Assembly (NCBI GenBank): GCA_963741955.1
Contig: CAVUKB010000008.1
Coordinates: forward strand, 1 to 23,486
Reading direction: 5' to 3'
Length of the DNA: 23,486 nucleotides
Origin: an uncultured Acidobacteriota bacterium
GTDB taxonomy: Bacteria > Acidobacteriota > Thermoanaerobaculia > Gp7-AA8
A model generated the notes under the pieces. It worked only from the letters and a program-made list of their open reading frames with translations, ran no database searches and was not told the origin of the DNA. Positions 1 to 12,518 of the stretch are shown here, piece after piece (the stretch's first letter is position 1; each line of letters opens with the position of its first letter). The position numbers were made by a program, and so were the translations under genes.

Positions 1-277
1 GCCCATTGGTGCTAAGAGGCCATGGCCGGTCTGCAGCGAGGTGCTCTGGCGGTCGGCCATCAGCTCGAACTGGACGTTGTACCCGATCGGGACGCCGAGC
101 AGGACGCCGTATGCGCCGCTGTCCGTCACATCGACATCGGTCCCGAACAGATTCGTGTCGTAGGTGGTGATGGTTCCGCCCCACCGATAACCGCCGAACG
201 GCGTCACTTCGAACTTCGCCGACTGAGCCCAGACGAGGCTGGGGAACAGAAGACTGCGAGACGATCGACTTGCGCAT
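1..277 (-). CDS. Outer-membrane beta-barrel protein (OmpA/OmpW-like barrel), N-terminal part; runs off the left edge; frameshifted in the signal peptide
   Basis: Not in the ORF track; read by hand. AAGGAG SD (complement of 285-290) precedes ATG at 277. Frame 1 gives MRKSIV; another frame gives LFPSLVWAQSAKFEVTPFGGYRWGGTITTYDTNLFGTDVDVTDSGAYGVLLGVPIGYNVQFELMADRQ. Restoring two C residues gives the signal peptide MRKSIVLAVLLFPSLVWA|Q. The 'FEVTPFGGY' start and alternating beta-strand pattern are typical of small barrels. Confidence 0.7.
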   Translation of the reverse strand, partial: MRKSIVSQSSVPQPRLGSVGEVRSDAVRRLSVGRNHHHLRHESVRDRCRCDGQRRIRRPARRPDRVQRPVRADGRPPEHLAADRPWPLSTNG

Positions 278-410
278 GCACACACTCCTTCGTCGAGTCG
301 GCCTGAACCGTCGATTACGCTGACTGAGAATCGGCAGAACGACGCTGCGATTCCCCCCCGAGAGCATGGATGGGGCCGAATTGACCGATTTGCAACTTTC
401 ACCCCATGAG

Positions 411-568
411 GCTCGAGCTCGGGATTCGGGATTCGGGTCTCGGGGCTCGGGAAGTGGGGAATCGAGAAAGACTCTTTCGATCCTCGACGTGTGACCGGGG
501 ATCACTGCACGCGCGACGCTTCCCACCTCCGATTTTCAGCCTCCAGTCTCCAGCCTCGAGCCTCGAAT
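411..568. repeat. Two inverted arrays of imperfect 7-bp tandem repeats
   Basis: 417-451: GCTCGGG ATTCGGG ATTCGGG TCTCGGG GCTCGGG. 520-568: TTCCCAC CTCCGAT TTTCAGC CTCCAGT CTCCAGC CTCGAGC CTCGAAT. The second array is roughly the reverse complement of the first and directly abuts the TAG at 569-571. Confidence 0.8.
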
Positions 569-1445
569 CTATCTCGGAAGGACCAGACGCAGGCGCTCAG
601 AGGCGAGGGTGACTCGGAGCGGAGTCTTCCCGACGAGCTCTCCGTCCGCATAGACCGCCATCGGCTCGTCCGTGTCGAACTGAAAATCGGTCCCGCTCTC
701 CATCCGGACGAACGGACGACGGACGTGCCCTCCGCTGTAGGCGAGCGGGAGGGTCCGGATCAGGTCCCATTTCGTGCAGCGCCGCACCACGCAGAGATCG
801 AGGAGGCGGTCGTCGAGCTTCGACAGCGGGGCGATCCGGATCCCGCCGCCATAGCTTCCCGAGTTGCTCACGACCGTGAACATGATCTCCTCGTCCCTCT
901 GCTCCCCATCCACGGAGTAGAGGAGCCGATGCGGCCGGAACCGCGGCAGGACGTTGAGGATCGACCAGAGGTAGATCAGCGGTCCGCGCAACCACTTCAC
1001 TTCCTCGTTCGCGAAACGGGTGACCTCCGAGTCGAATCCGAACCCCGCCACGCCGAGATAGCGAATCCCGTTCGCGAGGGCGACGTCGATCTCGTGGACC
1101 TCGCCGTGGACGACGGCATCGCATGCCTCCTCCAGCTTCGTCGGGACGCCCGATCGCTTCGAGAAAATCATCCCCTGACCCCAACGGAATGATTGCGACA
1201 TCCGTGGCCGCGAGATGCATCTCGCGGATGGCCAGGTGAATCGTCCCGTCGCCACCGCAGATCACCACGCGGTCGTGACCGTCGCTCGCGGCTTCCGCGC
1301 CGAAGCGGATCAGCTCTTCGCGATTCCGGCTCTCGACAACGTCCACCTCGGCGCCGCGGTCGAGCAGCATCCGGAGTGCCTGGTGCATGTGCGCGTGGGC
1401 ACGGCCACGCCCGGCCGTGGGGTTCACGATCATCTTCAGCCGCAT
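569..1445 (-). CDS. Diacylglycerol/lipid kinase family protein (YegS/BmrU/DgkB-like); one frameshift near 1150
   Basis: N-half in ORF 597..1751: MRLKMIVNPTAGRGRA, CGGDGTIH (DAGK GGDGT motif), IPLGSGDDF. C-half in ORF 569..1255: EIDVALANG, GFGFDSEV, SNSGSYGGG, DDRLLD, YADGE. Alternative ATG at 1469. Confidence 0.9.
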
Positions 1446-1542
1446 GAGGGAAGAGTCTACCCGGCTCATCCGTAATCCGCCACTCCCGGCACCCGAAGGA
1501 GGTGGGCTCGATCCGTCGATCCGGAGCGATAGAATAGCGACT

Positions 1543-2943
1543 ATGAAGAAGCTCAGCTCCCTCGCCACGTTCCTCTTCATCCTTCTGACGGTTCTCCCGG
1601 CGTGCCGCCAGAATGCAGAGACGGCGGAGGTCCCTGCGCAACAACCCATCCCGGAGGCCAAGCCGCCCGCGATTCCAAAGTCCGTGAACGCGAAACGGAT
1701 CACCCCGGTGGTCGTCGCCGCACACAACATCCTTCCCTCGGTGGTGAACATCCAGGCCGAGGCGGTGATCCGGCAGCGGACGATGGACCCCTTCTTCGGG
1801 TTCTTTCAGCCGGACCGCGCAGTTCAGACCGAATCGATCGGATCGGGATTCGTCTGGCAGAGCGACGGGATCATCGTGACCAACAACCACGTCGTGGAGG
1901 GAGCGTCGCGGATCTCGGTAAACCTGCAGGACGGACGTCAGTTTCCTGCGAAAGTGATCGGAGTCGACCCGGACAGCGATCTGGCGGTCCTGAGGGTCAA
2001 GGCTTCAGGACTTCCTGCCGCACCGATCGGGACGTCATCGGATCTTCTGATTGGAGAGACGGTGATTGCGGTGGGTAATCCGTTCGGACTGAGCGGCTCG
2101 GTGACGACTGGAGTGGTCTCCGCGCTCGGGAGGTCGGTCCCGGAGAAGAACGCCGGACGGACATTCACCGACTTCATCCAGACCGACGCGTCGATCAATC
2201 CCGGGAACTCGGGTGGACCGCTTCTCAACATCGAGGGTCGGGTGATCGGCATCAATGTGGCGATCTACGCACAGGCGCAAAACATCGGGTTCGCGATCCC
2301 GGTGGACCGGGCGAAGAAGGTGATCGGGGATCTGCTGCGGTACGGTTCGGTACACTCGGCGTGGATCGGCGTCGCGACGACGACCGTCACGCGTGAAGAG
2401 GCGAAACGAACGGGTCTTCCGGTCGCGCAGGGGGCGATGGTGGCGCACGTCTTCTCGGGGTCGCCGGCGGATCGCGCCGGGCTCCGGCGCGGAGACATCA
2501 TCACCTCGGTCGACGGACATGCGGTCGACTCGCGCGAAGCGTTCAACACCTACACGGCGACCGTTTCCGCCGGCTTGCCAATTCCGCTCACGGTGGTGCG
2601 CGGAGGAGGAAAACAGACCCTCTCTCTCACTCCGGTGGAGCCGCCGCGCGACCTCGGGCTTCAGATCTTGCGGGATGTGACGGGAATCAGCGCGAGCGAC
2701 CGCGGCGGAAACATCGTGGTGTCGTCGGTGGATCGCGGCTCGCGTGCCGACCAGATCGGGCTCGCTCCCGGTGACGTGATCGTCGGAGTGAACGGCGCCG
2801 ACGTCGGCTCGGTGAAGGATCTGAACTCGGAGATGATCAACGGTGCGGACCGTTCGTCAATCGTCCTCTCGGTCGCGCGGGGACGGTACATTTACACGCT
2901 GACCTTCCCGATGGATGTATCGGACGGCGGCGAGTCGCTCTGA
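1543..2943 (+). CDS. htrA: HtrA/DegP-family trypsin-like serine protease with two PDZ domains; predicted lipoprotein
   Basis: GSGF, TNNHVV (His), DSDLAVL (Asp), QTDASINPGNSGGPL (Ser); two PDZ signatures (GSPADRAGLRRGDII, GSRADQIGLAPGDVI); signal MKKLSSLATFLFILLTVLPA-C with lipobox-like Cys. The ORF is intact. Confidence 0.95.
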   Translation: MKKLSSLATFLFILLTVLPACRQNAETAEVPAQQPIPEAKPPAIPKSVNAKRITPVVVAAHNILPSVVNIQAEAVIRQRTMDPFFGFFQPDRAVQTESIGSGFVWQSDGIIVTNNHVVEGASRISVNLQDGRQFPAKVIGVDPDSDLAVLRVKASGLPAAPIGTSSDLLIGETVIAVGNPFGLSGSVTTGVVSALGRSVPEKNAGRTFTDFIQTDASINPGNSGGPLLNIEGRVIGINVAIYAQAQNIGFAIPVDRAKKVIGDLLRYGSVHSAWIGVATTTVTREEAKRTGLPVAQGAMVAHVFSGSPADRAGLRRGDIITSVDGHAVDSREAFNTYTATVSAGLPIPLTVVRGGGKQTLSLTPVEPPRDLGLQILRDVTGISASDRGGNIVVSSVDRGSRADQIGLAPGDVIVGVNGADVGSVKDLNSEMINGADRSSIVLSVARGRYIYTLTFPMDVSDGGESL

Positions 2944-3019
2944 TCGGTAAGTCGGCGCAAGCTCGATCTGCTCCTGGAAAGGTCATCGCTCTTCGCTGCA
3001 TCCATCGCTCTTCGGCTTG

Positions 3020-3055
3020 AAAAGGGCGGAGTCGTGCGAGACCCGCACAACCCGC
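3020..3055 (-). terminator. Possible intrinsic terminator after the VOC gene
   Basis: Imperfect stem GCGG..GTGCG / CGCAC..CCGC (3026-3055) with AAAA at 3020-3023, giving a short U-tract on the minus strand; lies between convergent genes. Confidence 0.3.
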
Positions 3056-3067
3056 GTGGGCAGCTGA

Positions 3068-3571
3068 TTACTCATCGCCCTCCGCGGCGCGCCGCAATGC
3101 GTCGAGATCGATCTTCTTCATCGAGAGAAGAGCCTTCATCGTCCGGTTCGCTCTCCCCGCGGCGCCTCCGAGGTATTTGCCGAGATCCTTCGGCACGATC
3201 TGCCATGAGAGACCGAAACGATCCTTGAGCCAGCCACACTGTTGCGCGCTCGGATCGCCTCCCTCCGAGAGCTGCTCCCAGTAGTGATCCACCTCCTCCT
3301 GCGAATCACAGTTCACCACGAACGAAACCGCCTCGGTGAAGTGGAATTGAGGGCCGCCGTTCAGCGCGACGAATTCATGTCCGTCCAGCTCGAAGACGAC
3401 CGTCATCACCGACCCTTCCGGCTTCCCCGACGCGGCTGCGCTGTTCCTGTCGTAATGCGTCGTCGTGATGATCTCCGAGTTCGGGAAGACCGATGTATAG
3501 AACTTCGCCGCCGCCTCGGCATTGTCGTCGAACCAGAGAAACGGTGTGATCTTCTGTGCCCTGACCTGCAT
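3068..3571 (-). CDS. VOC/glyoxalase-superfamily protein (PhnB / 3-demethylubiquinone-9 3-methyltransferase-like family)
   Basis: QKITPFLWFD..AEAAAKFYTSVF, ALNGGP.F.FTEAVSF.V.C..QEEVD.YW..L, CGWLKDRFGLSWQIVP, MKKID; AAGGAG SD upstream of ATG 3571. Confidence 0.93.
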   Translation of the reverse strand: MQVRAQKITPFLWFDDNAEAAAKFYTSVFPNSEIITTTHYDRNSAAASGKPEGSVMTVVFELDGHEFVALNGGPQFHFTEAVSFVVNCDSQEEVDHYWEQLSEGGDPSAQQCGWLKDRFGLSWQIVPKDLGKYLGGAAGRANRTMKALLSMKKIDLDALRRAAEGDE

Positions 3572-3861
3572 TTCGACTCTCCTTCAAATCTGACAGTCAT
3601 TTGAACGGACTCCGGACCGGCAGGAAATCATCGGTCGGTGAGTACTGGAATCTGCTCCCGCTCGCATGGTTCACAGGATCGCGTCGCGACGTGTGGAACT
3701 GCGCAGGCAGAGTCGTCCGGACTCGAACCGCTGAACCGTCTTAATAGCAGGACAGCTTCTACTGCGCAATCTCATGGTCAACGTCGCCGACGGGAGCCAA
3801 TTCAGGCGCCGGAACGCGGAGGAACATCCGACCGTTCGGGTAGGGCGAGGACAGCCGACCC

Positions 3862-4920
3862 TCACGGCTGCGGACAACGCGGATCGGGGGTTCTCGTCGC
3901 CGCGATCGTATCGAGAACCTTCCGGACTCCGCGGGCGAGCTCGATCGGATCTCCCGACCGCAGGGTGTGCGAGAAGAAGAGATTCGGATCGATGGCGATC
4001 TGCTGATTGTACAGACAATGGATCTCGAAGCCGGCGGCGCGAGCCGTGGTCAGTGCAGGGTTGACCTCACCGGCCAGCATCGCGAAATCCACTTCGCAGT
4101 TCGCTTTCGATCCGCTCTCCTCGAGAGGCTGAAACGTGATCTTGTGCAGGACATTCAACCGCGGCCGGAGCACCACTCCGGCTTCGACGAACGTCTGGCT
4201 CCGGGTGACCATCACCGCGACGACGCCATCGTCCTCGACCGACGCCTTCCCGCCGATGATGTCGCCGATCTGCTGGTCGGGCAACGGCGTGGTCGGATTC
4301 GCCGGCGGCTTCTGCGGCGGCGGCGTCGCCGTGGCGCGGACCACCTGCATCGCCCAGGCTTCGCGACATCGAGTGGGTTTCCTCGTCGCGGAAGTGGTAG
4401 TGGAACGGCTGAGGAACCTGTCCGATGAAGTGCTGCCGATTTGCTCAGCCATCAGTTCGAGAGGCGAGCCGAGGATCACGTCGATGGAGTCGCGTTCAGT
4501 CTTCCGATCCAGAAAAACGAATGCGGCGTTCATGAACGCCTCGCCGTTGCTAGAGCGCCTGGAAGAAGAACTCGTGCTGCGGCGCAAACGCCGGCTTGAA
4601 GACGTGACCGTGCGGACCTTCGATCCGTACGTCCTCGTCCGCCCGAAGCGATCGTGAGAACACCGTCCTCCATCTTCCCGCTCGTCGTGCATGATCTTTT
4701 CGATCTGCGAAAAACTGGAAGATCGCCTCCCGGACGGGATCGGCTCGCACGAGCCGAGCGTGTAGGCAGGCGGCTCCGCCGGCGACGCGGTCGCGCACGG
4801 CCCGGTGAGCGCCGCGGCGACTACGCTCCGCCCCGCTGATCAGAATGGCGCGACGGCTGAAGTCCTGGAACGCTGAGGTGTCGAAACGTCTTCCTGAAAA
4901 TCACGATCGGTTGCGGGCAT
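3862..4920 (-). CDS. Tat-exported tandem DUF1259-like domain protein; many frameshifts (errors or pseudogene)
   Basis: AGGAG SD then ATG 4920 (MPATDRDFQEDV). A shifted frame gives FSRRAILISGA (twin-arginine motif). Repeat 1 fragments: QIEKIMH, KMEDGVLTI, FKPAFAPQHEFFFQ, GEAFMN. Repeat 2 is intact: IGDIIGGKASVEDDGVVAV..FQPL..DFAMLAGEVNPAL..AGFEIHCLYNQQIAIDPNLFFSH..GDPIELARGVRKVLD. Family assigned from remembered motifs. Confidence 0.65.
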
Positions 4921-5033
4921 GCGGTTCTCCTGCAGTCGTTCTTCGCCTCTCGCAGAGGTGACGTCGAGTTTGCCACGTCCGCTGACGGCCACGGGTCACA
5001 CTGCAACTCACACACCCGATCTCGACCGCAGAG

Positions 5034-5507
5034 TTACCAGAGGGTCAGCTGCTGCGGCCTGGGGGTAAAGGCGGACGGCGGCGGGAGCTGCGGCGGCGTG
5101 GAACGCACGGGACGGGCGCGGTGCCCGAGGAGCACGGGAAGATTGTGCTTGAGCCATTCGCGGGCTTCACGGTGATAGCGGAAGCGGCGCTCGTGACTGT
5201 GGAAGCGGCGGTTGTGCGCACCACCGAGTACGTGATGGAGAAACTCGTGGAAGACGATCGATTGGATGAAGAAGTGCGGAACTTCCGGCGAGTCGAGGAG
5301 CGGATGGATCCGGATCACTTCGGTCGTGCGATGGTAGGAGCCGAGCCGGATGCTGCTTCGTCTCTTACGCCGGATGCGTTTTCCCCATTGGATCTCCGGC
5401 CGCGTGTACTTCGGAAAATACTCGCGGTGGATCTCCTGCGCGATCTGATCGAGATCGTAGAAACCCGACTCCGCGCTGACCAGAACTCCGTCGAATCCGT
5501 CGCTCAA
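5034..5507 (-). CDS. SprT/YgjP-like zinc metalloprotease with Pro-rich tail ending QQLTLW
   Basis: GAGGAG SD and TTG start; WG..(basic)..IRLGSY..IRIHPLLD..VP.FF...IVFHEFLHHVLGGAHNRRF (HEXXH plus a third His); intact ORF. Confidence 0.85.
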   Translation of the reverse strand: MSDGFDGVLVSAESGFYDLDQIAQEIHREYFPKYTRPEIQWGKRIRRKRRSSIRLGSYHRTTEVIRIHPLLDSPEVPHFFIQSIVFHEFLHHVLGGAHNRRFHSHERRFRYHREAREWLKHNLPVLLGHRARPVRSTPPQLPPPSAFTPRPQQLTLW

Positions 5508-5517
5508 GCTGTCCTCC

Positions 5518-8125
5518 TCAGCTTCGTCCCCTCACTACGGCCACGACGTAATTGTCGACTTGGAGATACTTTTTCGCAATATCTCTGACCTCATCGCGGG
5601 AGATCGCGTGGATCCTCTCCAGAAACCGCTCCGTGAAGTCGAGGCCCAGCCCGTAGAGGACGTTCCTCGCGATCTCTCCCGCCAGCGCGGCGTTGGTCTG
5701 CAGGTGGATCTTCGTCGAGCCGGCCAGATACGCCTTCGCCCGGGTGATCCCCTCCTCGTTGGTACCCTCTCCTCCGAGCATCCGAAGCTCCTCGAGGAGA
5801 CTTCTTCTCGCTTCCTCTTCCTTCCCCGCCTCGGTCGCGATGTAGGCGACGAACGCGCCGGCGAGCTCGCGGTGGGAGTCGCCCGCGTAGACCGTGTACG
5901 CGAGCGAGCGTTTGCTTCGGAGCTCGACGTACAGCCTTCCCCGCGCCGCCGGACGCAACATCCTGCAGCAGGCGGAGAACGGCCCAGTCGGGATGGGACG
6001 GCGGCACGGAAGGGAAACCGATCGCGATCGCGGTCTGCTTCCGGTCGCGGACTTCGATCGTCTCGAGACGCGTCCCGGGAACGACCGGCGCGGTCAGCGG
6101 GCGGTGGAGTCTCCGGCTCTTTCCGAGACGGCCGAACACCCGCTCCATCGAGTCGCGGACCCCTTCGGCATCGACGTCGCCGACGACTACGATCGTCGCG
6201 CCGTCTGCGACGACGTGTCCCTCGTACCAGGAGACGAGGTCGGCCCGGCCGAGAGACTCGATCACCGGCACGAACCCTCCGTCGGGGAGGCCGTACGGAT
6301 GTGGTCCGTAGAGCGTTGCGAAGAGAAGCTGGAACGGGCGGGCGGACGACGAGTCGAGCGCTCTTCGGATCGACGCGATCTGCAGGTGCTGCTCTTCCGC
6401 GATCTTCTCCTCCGGGAAGACCGGCTTGAGGATGACGTCCGCGAGGATCTCCGCCGCGGGCTCGTAAAGCTTCCGCAGCACTTCGAGATTGAATCCGAAG
6501 AAGTGTTCGTCGACCACCAGGCCGATCTGAGTGCCGAGGAGCTCGATCTCGCGATCGATCTCTTCCCCGCTCCGTTTACCGGTGCCGCGCCGCATGCTGC
6601 GGGCCATCAGCTGCGTGATGCCGGCGTTCGAGCTGTTCTCCCGGACTCTTCCTCCCCGGAAGTAGACCGCCATGGAGACCGCCGGCGTCCCCATCCGTTC
6701 CCGCACGAAGAGCGACATGCCGTTGGAGAGGACGAAGCTACGAGTCGAATCTTTCGACGTCGCTCCTCGGAACCCCGCGGCGATCTCCGGCAGCGGGACT
6801 TCCGGCGGGGCTTGCACGCGCGCGCTCCCCGCGTCACGGAGGAGCTCCAACGCAGATTCACGCGTCGACGCCGCGACGCCCCGAGGAAGGTGACGAAAGA
6901 GGGTCATGTTTTCAGTTTGCAGATAGCGGTTCACGACTTCGCGGATCTGCTCTTCTCCGAGAGCTGCGATCCGGTCGAGATGGAGAGAGATTCTTTCGTA
7001 ACCGCCTCTCGCCTCGAAATACGCGAGCGTGTCCGCCTGTCCCAGAACGTCTTCGAGCTCGAACACGAACGCCGCCTCGATACGATTCCTCGCAAGCTCG
7101 AGCTCGTAGGCGACCGGTCCCCACTGTCTGAAACGCTCGATCCCTTCGACGATGCGCCGCTCCGTTGCCTCGCCGTTCGCCGAGTCGTATGCCGCACGGA
7201 TGGTGAACATCCCCACGTCCTCGTAAACCATGTTGAACGCGCTGACCGAGCTCGCCGCGTCGGGAGCGACGGCACTCCGGAAAAGACGTGAATAGCGACC
7301 CGCCCCGAGGATCGAGGCAGCGATCAGCAGCGCCTCTTCGTCCTCGTGGTTCTCGCCGGGAGTGTGCCAGCCGAAGACGGAATAACCCTGCTGGATGTCG
7401 GCGAACGACTCTCCGAACCGGAGCTCCTTCTGCGGCGGCTCCTCCGGTCCGCGCTCCTTTCGGAGCTCCCCCGCAGGAATCTGCCCGAACGTGCTCTCCG
7501 CCATCTCGATCATCTTCTGTTGCGGTACGTCACCCGCAACCGAGACGATGATGTTCGACGGACGGTAGAGGGTCTGGAAGAACGCGAAAAGATCGTCCCG
7601 GCGAATGTTCCGCAGGACGTCGTTCGAGCCGATGCGCCACCGTCGCATCCGGTGACGGGTGAAGGCAGTGGCGAACATCCGCTCCGTGGCGACAGCGGCA
7701 GGATTGTCGAGCTTCCCGTTGGATTCTCGATCACCACTTCCGCTTCGCGCTTCAGCTCATCGGGGTCGAAGAGTGGATTGGCGATGGCGTCCGCCTGGAT
7801 CTCCATCCCCTTCGCGAAGCCCTCGGAAGGGAGAACGAAGTAGTAGTTCGTCGAATCGTAGATCGTCCCGGCGTTGCTGTATCCGCCGAGTCCGGTGACG
7901 TGAGTCGAGATCTCGTCGGCTCCGGGAAACCGCTTCGAGCCCTTGAAGAACATGTGCTCGAAGAGGTGCGCCATCCCGGCGACCTCGTCCGGTTCGTGAA
8001 AGTACCCGCGCGGACCCAGGTCTTGATGGCCACCACGCCGCGGCCCCTCTCCTCACGCGTGAGGAGGTCAACCCGTTGGACAGTCTGGTCCGACGGACGG
8101 ACTCGAGGAATGGCTCGAGTGCCAC
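5518..8125 (-). CDS. M16 family (pitrilysin/PqqL-like) zinc peptidase with two M16 halves; about 4 frameshifts
   Basis: Pieces: RTRLSNGLT (7757..8125), VVAIKTWVRAG, GMAHLFEHMFFKGS (inverted HXXEH), NAGTIYDSTNY, EAEVVIE; ORF 5591..7678 (YRPSNIIVSVAGD; second half LSNGM..GITQLMARSMRRGT, which lacks the zinc motif); ORF 5518..5961 (GRLYVELRSKRSLAY). Shifts near 8065, 8000, 7720 and 5960. No signal peptide. Confidence 0.92.
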
Positions 8126-8136
8126 CGCGGCTCCGT

Positions 8137-8463
8137 CTACCCGTGGCCCCCGAGCTTGGAGGCCAGCATCGAATTGATGCTGGTGGTGGCCAGCGCCGCC
8201 ACCATTGACGATCCGGCGGCGATCGCGTCATCCCCCTTCTTGTAGCCGACGAGGAAACCGATCCCCGCTCCCAACAGAATGGCGGCGATCGGAAATCGGA
8301 CCACCTGTTCACGCCACGCTTCCGGAAGAAGATTCTCGATCTCGTCGAGAAGCGCCTGAGGGCCGCCTTCGAACAGGGCCGAGCCCATGGCGGCGGCCCG
8401 ATCCCGAACCACTTCTTCGTAATCCATGCCTTCGGCTGAACTGTCGAATTCCTCTTCAATCAA
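8137..8463 (-). CDS. Small membrane-anchored hypothetical protein, DUF883/ElaB-like hydrophobic segment
   Basis: AGGAGG SD and TTG; acidic N-terminus then EQVVRFPIAAILLGAGIGFLVGYKKG, resembling the DUF883 C-terminal 'P..A...A.G.GF..G' motif; 11-nt gaps to both neighbours. Confidence 0.7.
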   Translation of the reverse strand: MIEEEFDSSAEGMDYEEVVRDRAAAMGSALFEGGPQALLDEIENLLPEAWREQVVRFPIAAILLGAGIGFLVGYKKGDDAIAAGSSMVAALATTSINSMLASKLGGHG

Positions 8464-8474
8464 CGCCGAACCTC

Positions 8475-8808
8475 CTACTCTTCCTCTTCATCGCCACGAC
8501 GCCGCAGCATGAGGCCGACCACGAACCCGACTCCGATCGACATCAGGAGGGCCTTTCCCGGATTGGCCTGCACGTATGCGCGGATCCGCTCGCCCATTCC
8601 CTGAAGATCGACGTCCTGAACTTTCTCACGCACGGCCGAGTAGCGGTTCTTCATCGACTCGGATGCCGAATCGAATTTCTCTTTCACATTCTCGCTCGCC
8701 TCGGAGTACTTCTGCTCGACGTATTCTTTCGCGCGATTGACCTTCGCACCGGTCGAGGTCGAGCTCGACTCCGATCCTGCCGGTGGGCTGTTCTCTCTCC
8801 TCTGCCAT
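8475..8808 (-). CDS. ElaB/YqjD/DUF883 family tail-anchored membrane protein; one frameshift near 8760
   Basis: GGAGGT SD, ATG 8808 (MAEEREQPTG); helical repeats AKEYVEQKYSEASENVKEKFDSASESMKNRY; C-terminal signature YVQANPGKALLMSIGVGFVVGLMLRRR. Confidence 0.85.
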
Positions 8809-9095
8809 GCCTACCTCCATGTTACTCACCGCGCGATTCCGCGCCGGTCGGGGGTTATCACATCACCAAAGTTCGTGAATTACAACTTATGTCGCCCGAG
8901 TGCGAACGGCCCTGTTCGGCGAAATCCAATTCGCCGCCGGAGTCCGATTCGCTCCCGGCTCCGGCACCTCAGCCGGATCCACTCGTTGAAAACGACCGCA
9001 ACCGACTGCTTGCAGCGCGCGTGCCGCGACGTCCGTCCTCCGGAGCCGGACCTCCGCCGTTTCCTTCTCTTCCCGATCTGGCACTCTTACACCCG

Positions 9096-12392
<3,297 letters not shown>

Positions 12393-12424
12393 CGCTCTTA
12401 TCTCACGCTACGTCGCTGCGCAGC

Positions 12425-12480
12425 CGACTCGCCCTGAGTCGAGAAAGTGGCTCGGAGTCGCTATCCGCGATCTCCGAGCC
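12425..12480. terminator. Two GC-rich hairpins between convergent genes (possible terminator or processing site)
   Basis: CGACTC-GCCCT-GAGTCG (12425-12441) and GGCTCGGAG-TCGC-TATCC-GCGA-T-CTCCGAGCC (12449-12480; 13 bp with one bulge). No clear U-tract. Confidence 0.4.
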
Positions 12481-12518
12481 GTGATTCTTCGCTGCTGCTG
12501 CCACGCTGAGGCTGTCCT

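Noticed and set aside
22-306. 94-aa plus-strand ORF
   Set aside because: Antisense to the better supported beta-barrel gene, which has an SD, signal peptide and family-like motif.
411-568. CRISPR array or IS ends
   Set aside because: Units are 7 bp with no spacers; no cas or transposase gene in the window.
2984-3014. 12-bp direct repeat CATCGCTCTTCG twice
   Set aside because: Only two copies 19 nt apart between convergent genes; not a CRISPR array and no element lies between them.
3710-3735. GGTTCGAGTCC on the minus strand, resembling a tRNA T-loop
   Set aside because: Only 3 bp of T-stem pair; no acceptor, D or anticodon arm can be built.
8955-9049. 10-bp inverted repeat CCGGCTCCGG / CCGGAGCCGG upstream of the ABC ATPase
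   Set aside because: Very GC-rich and plausible by chance; no riboswitch or MITE features recognised.
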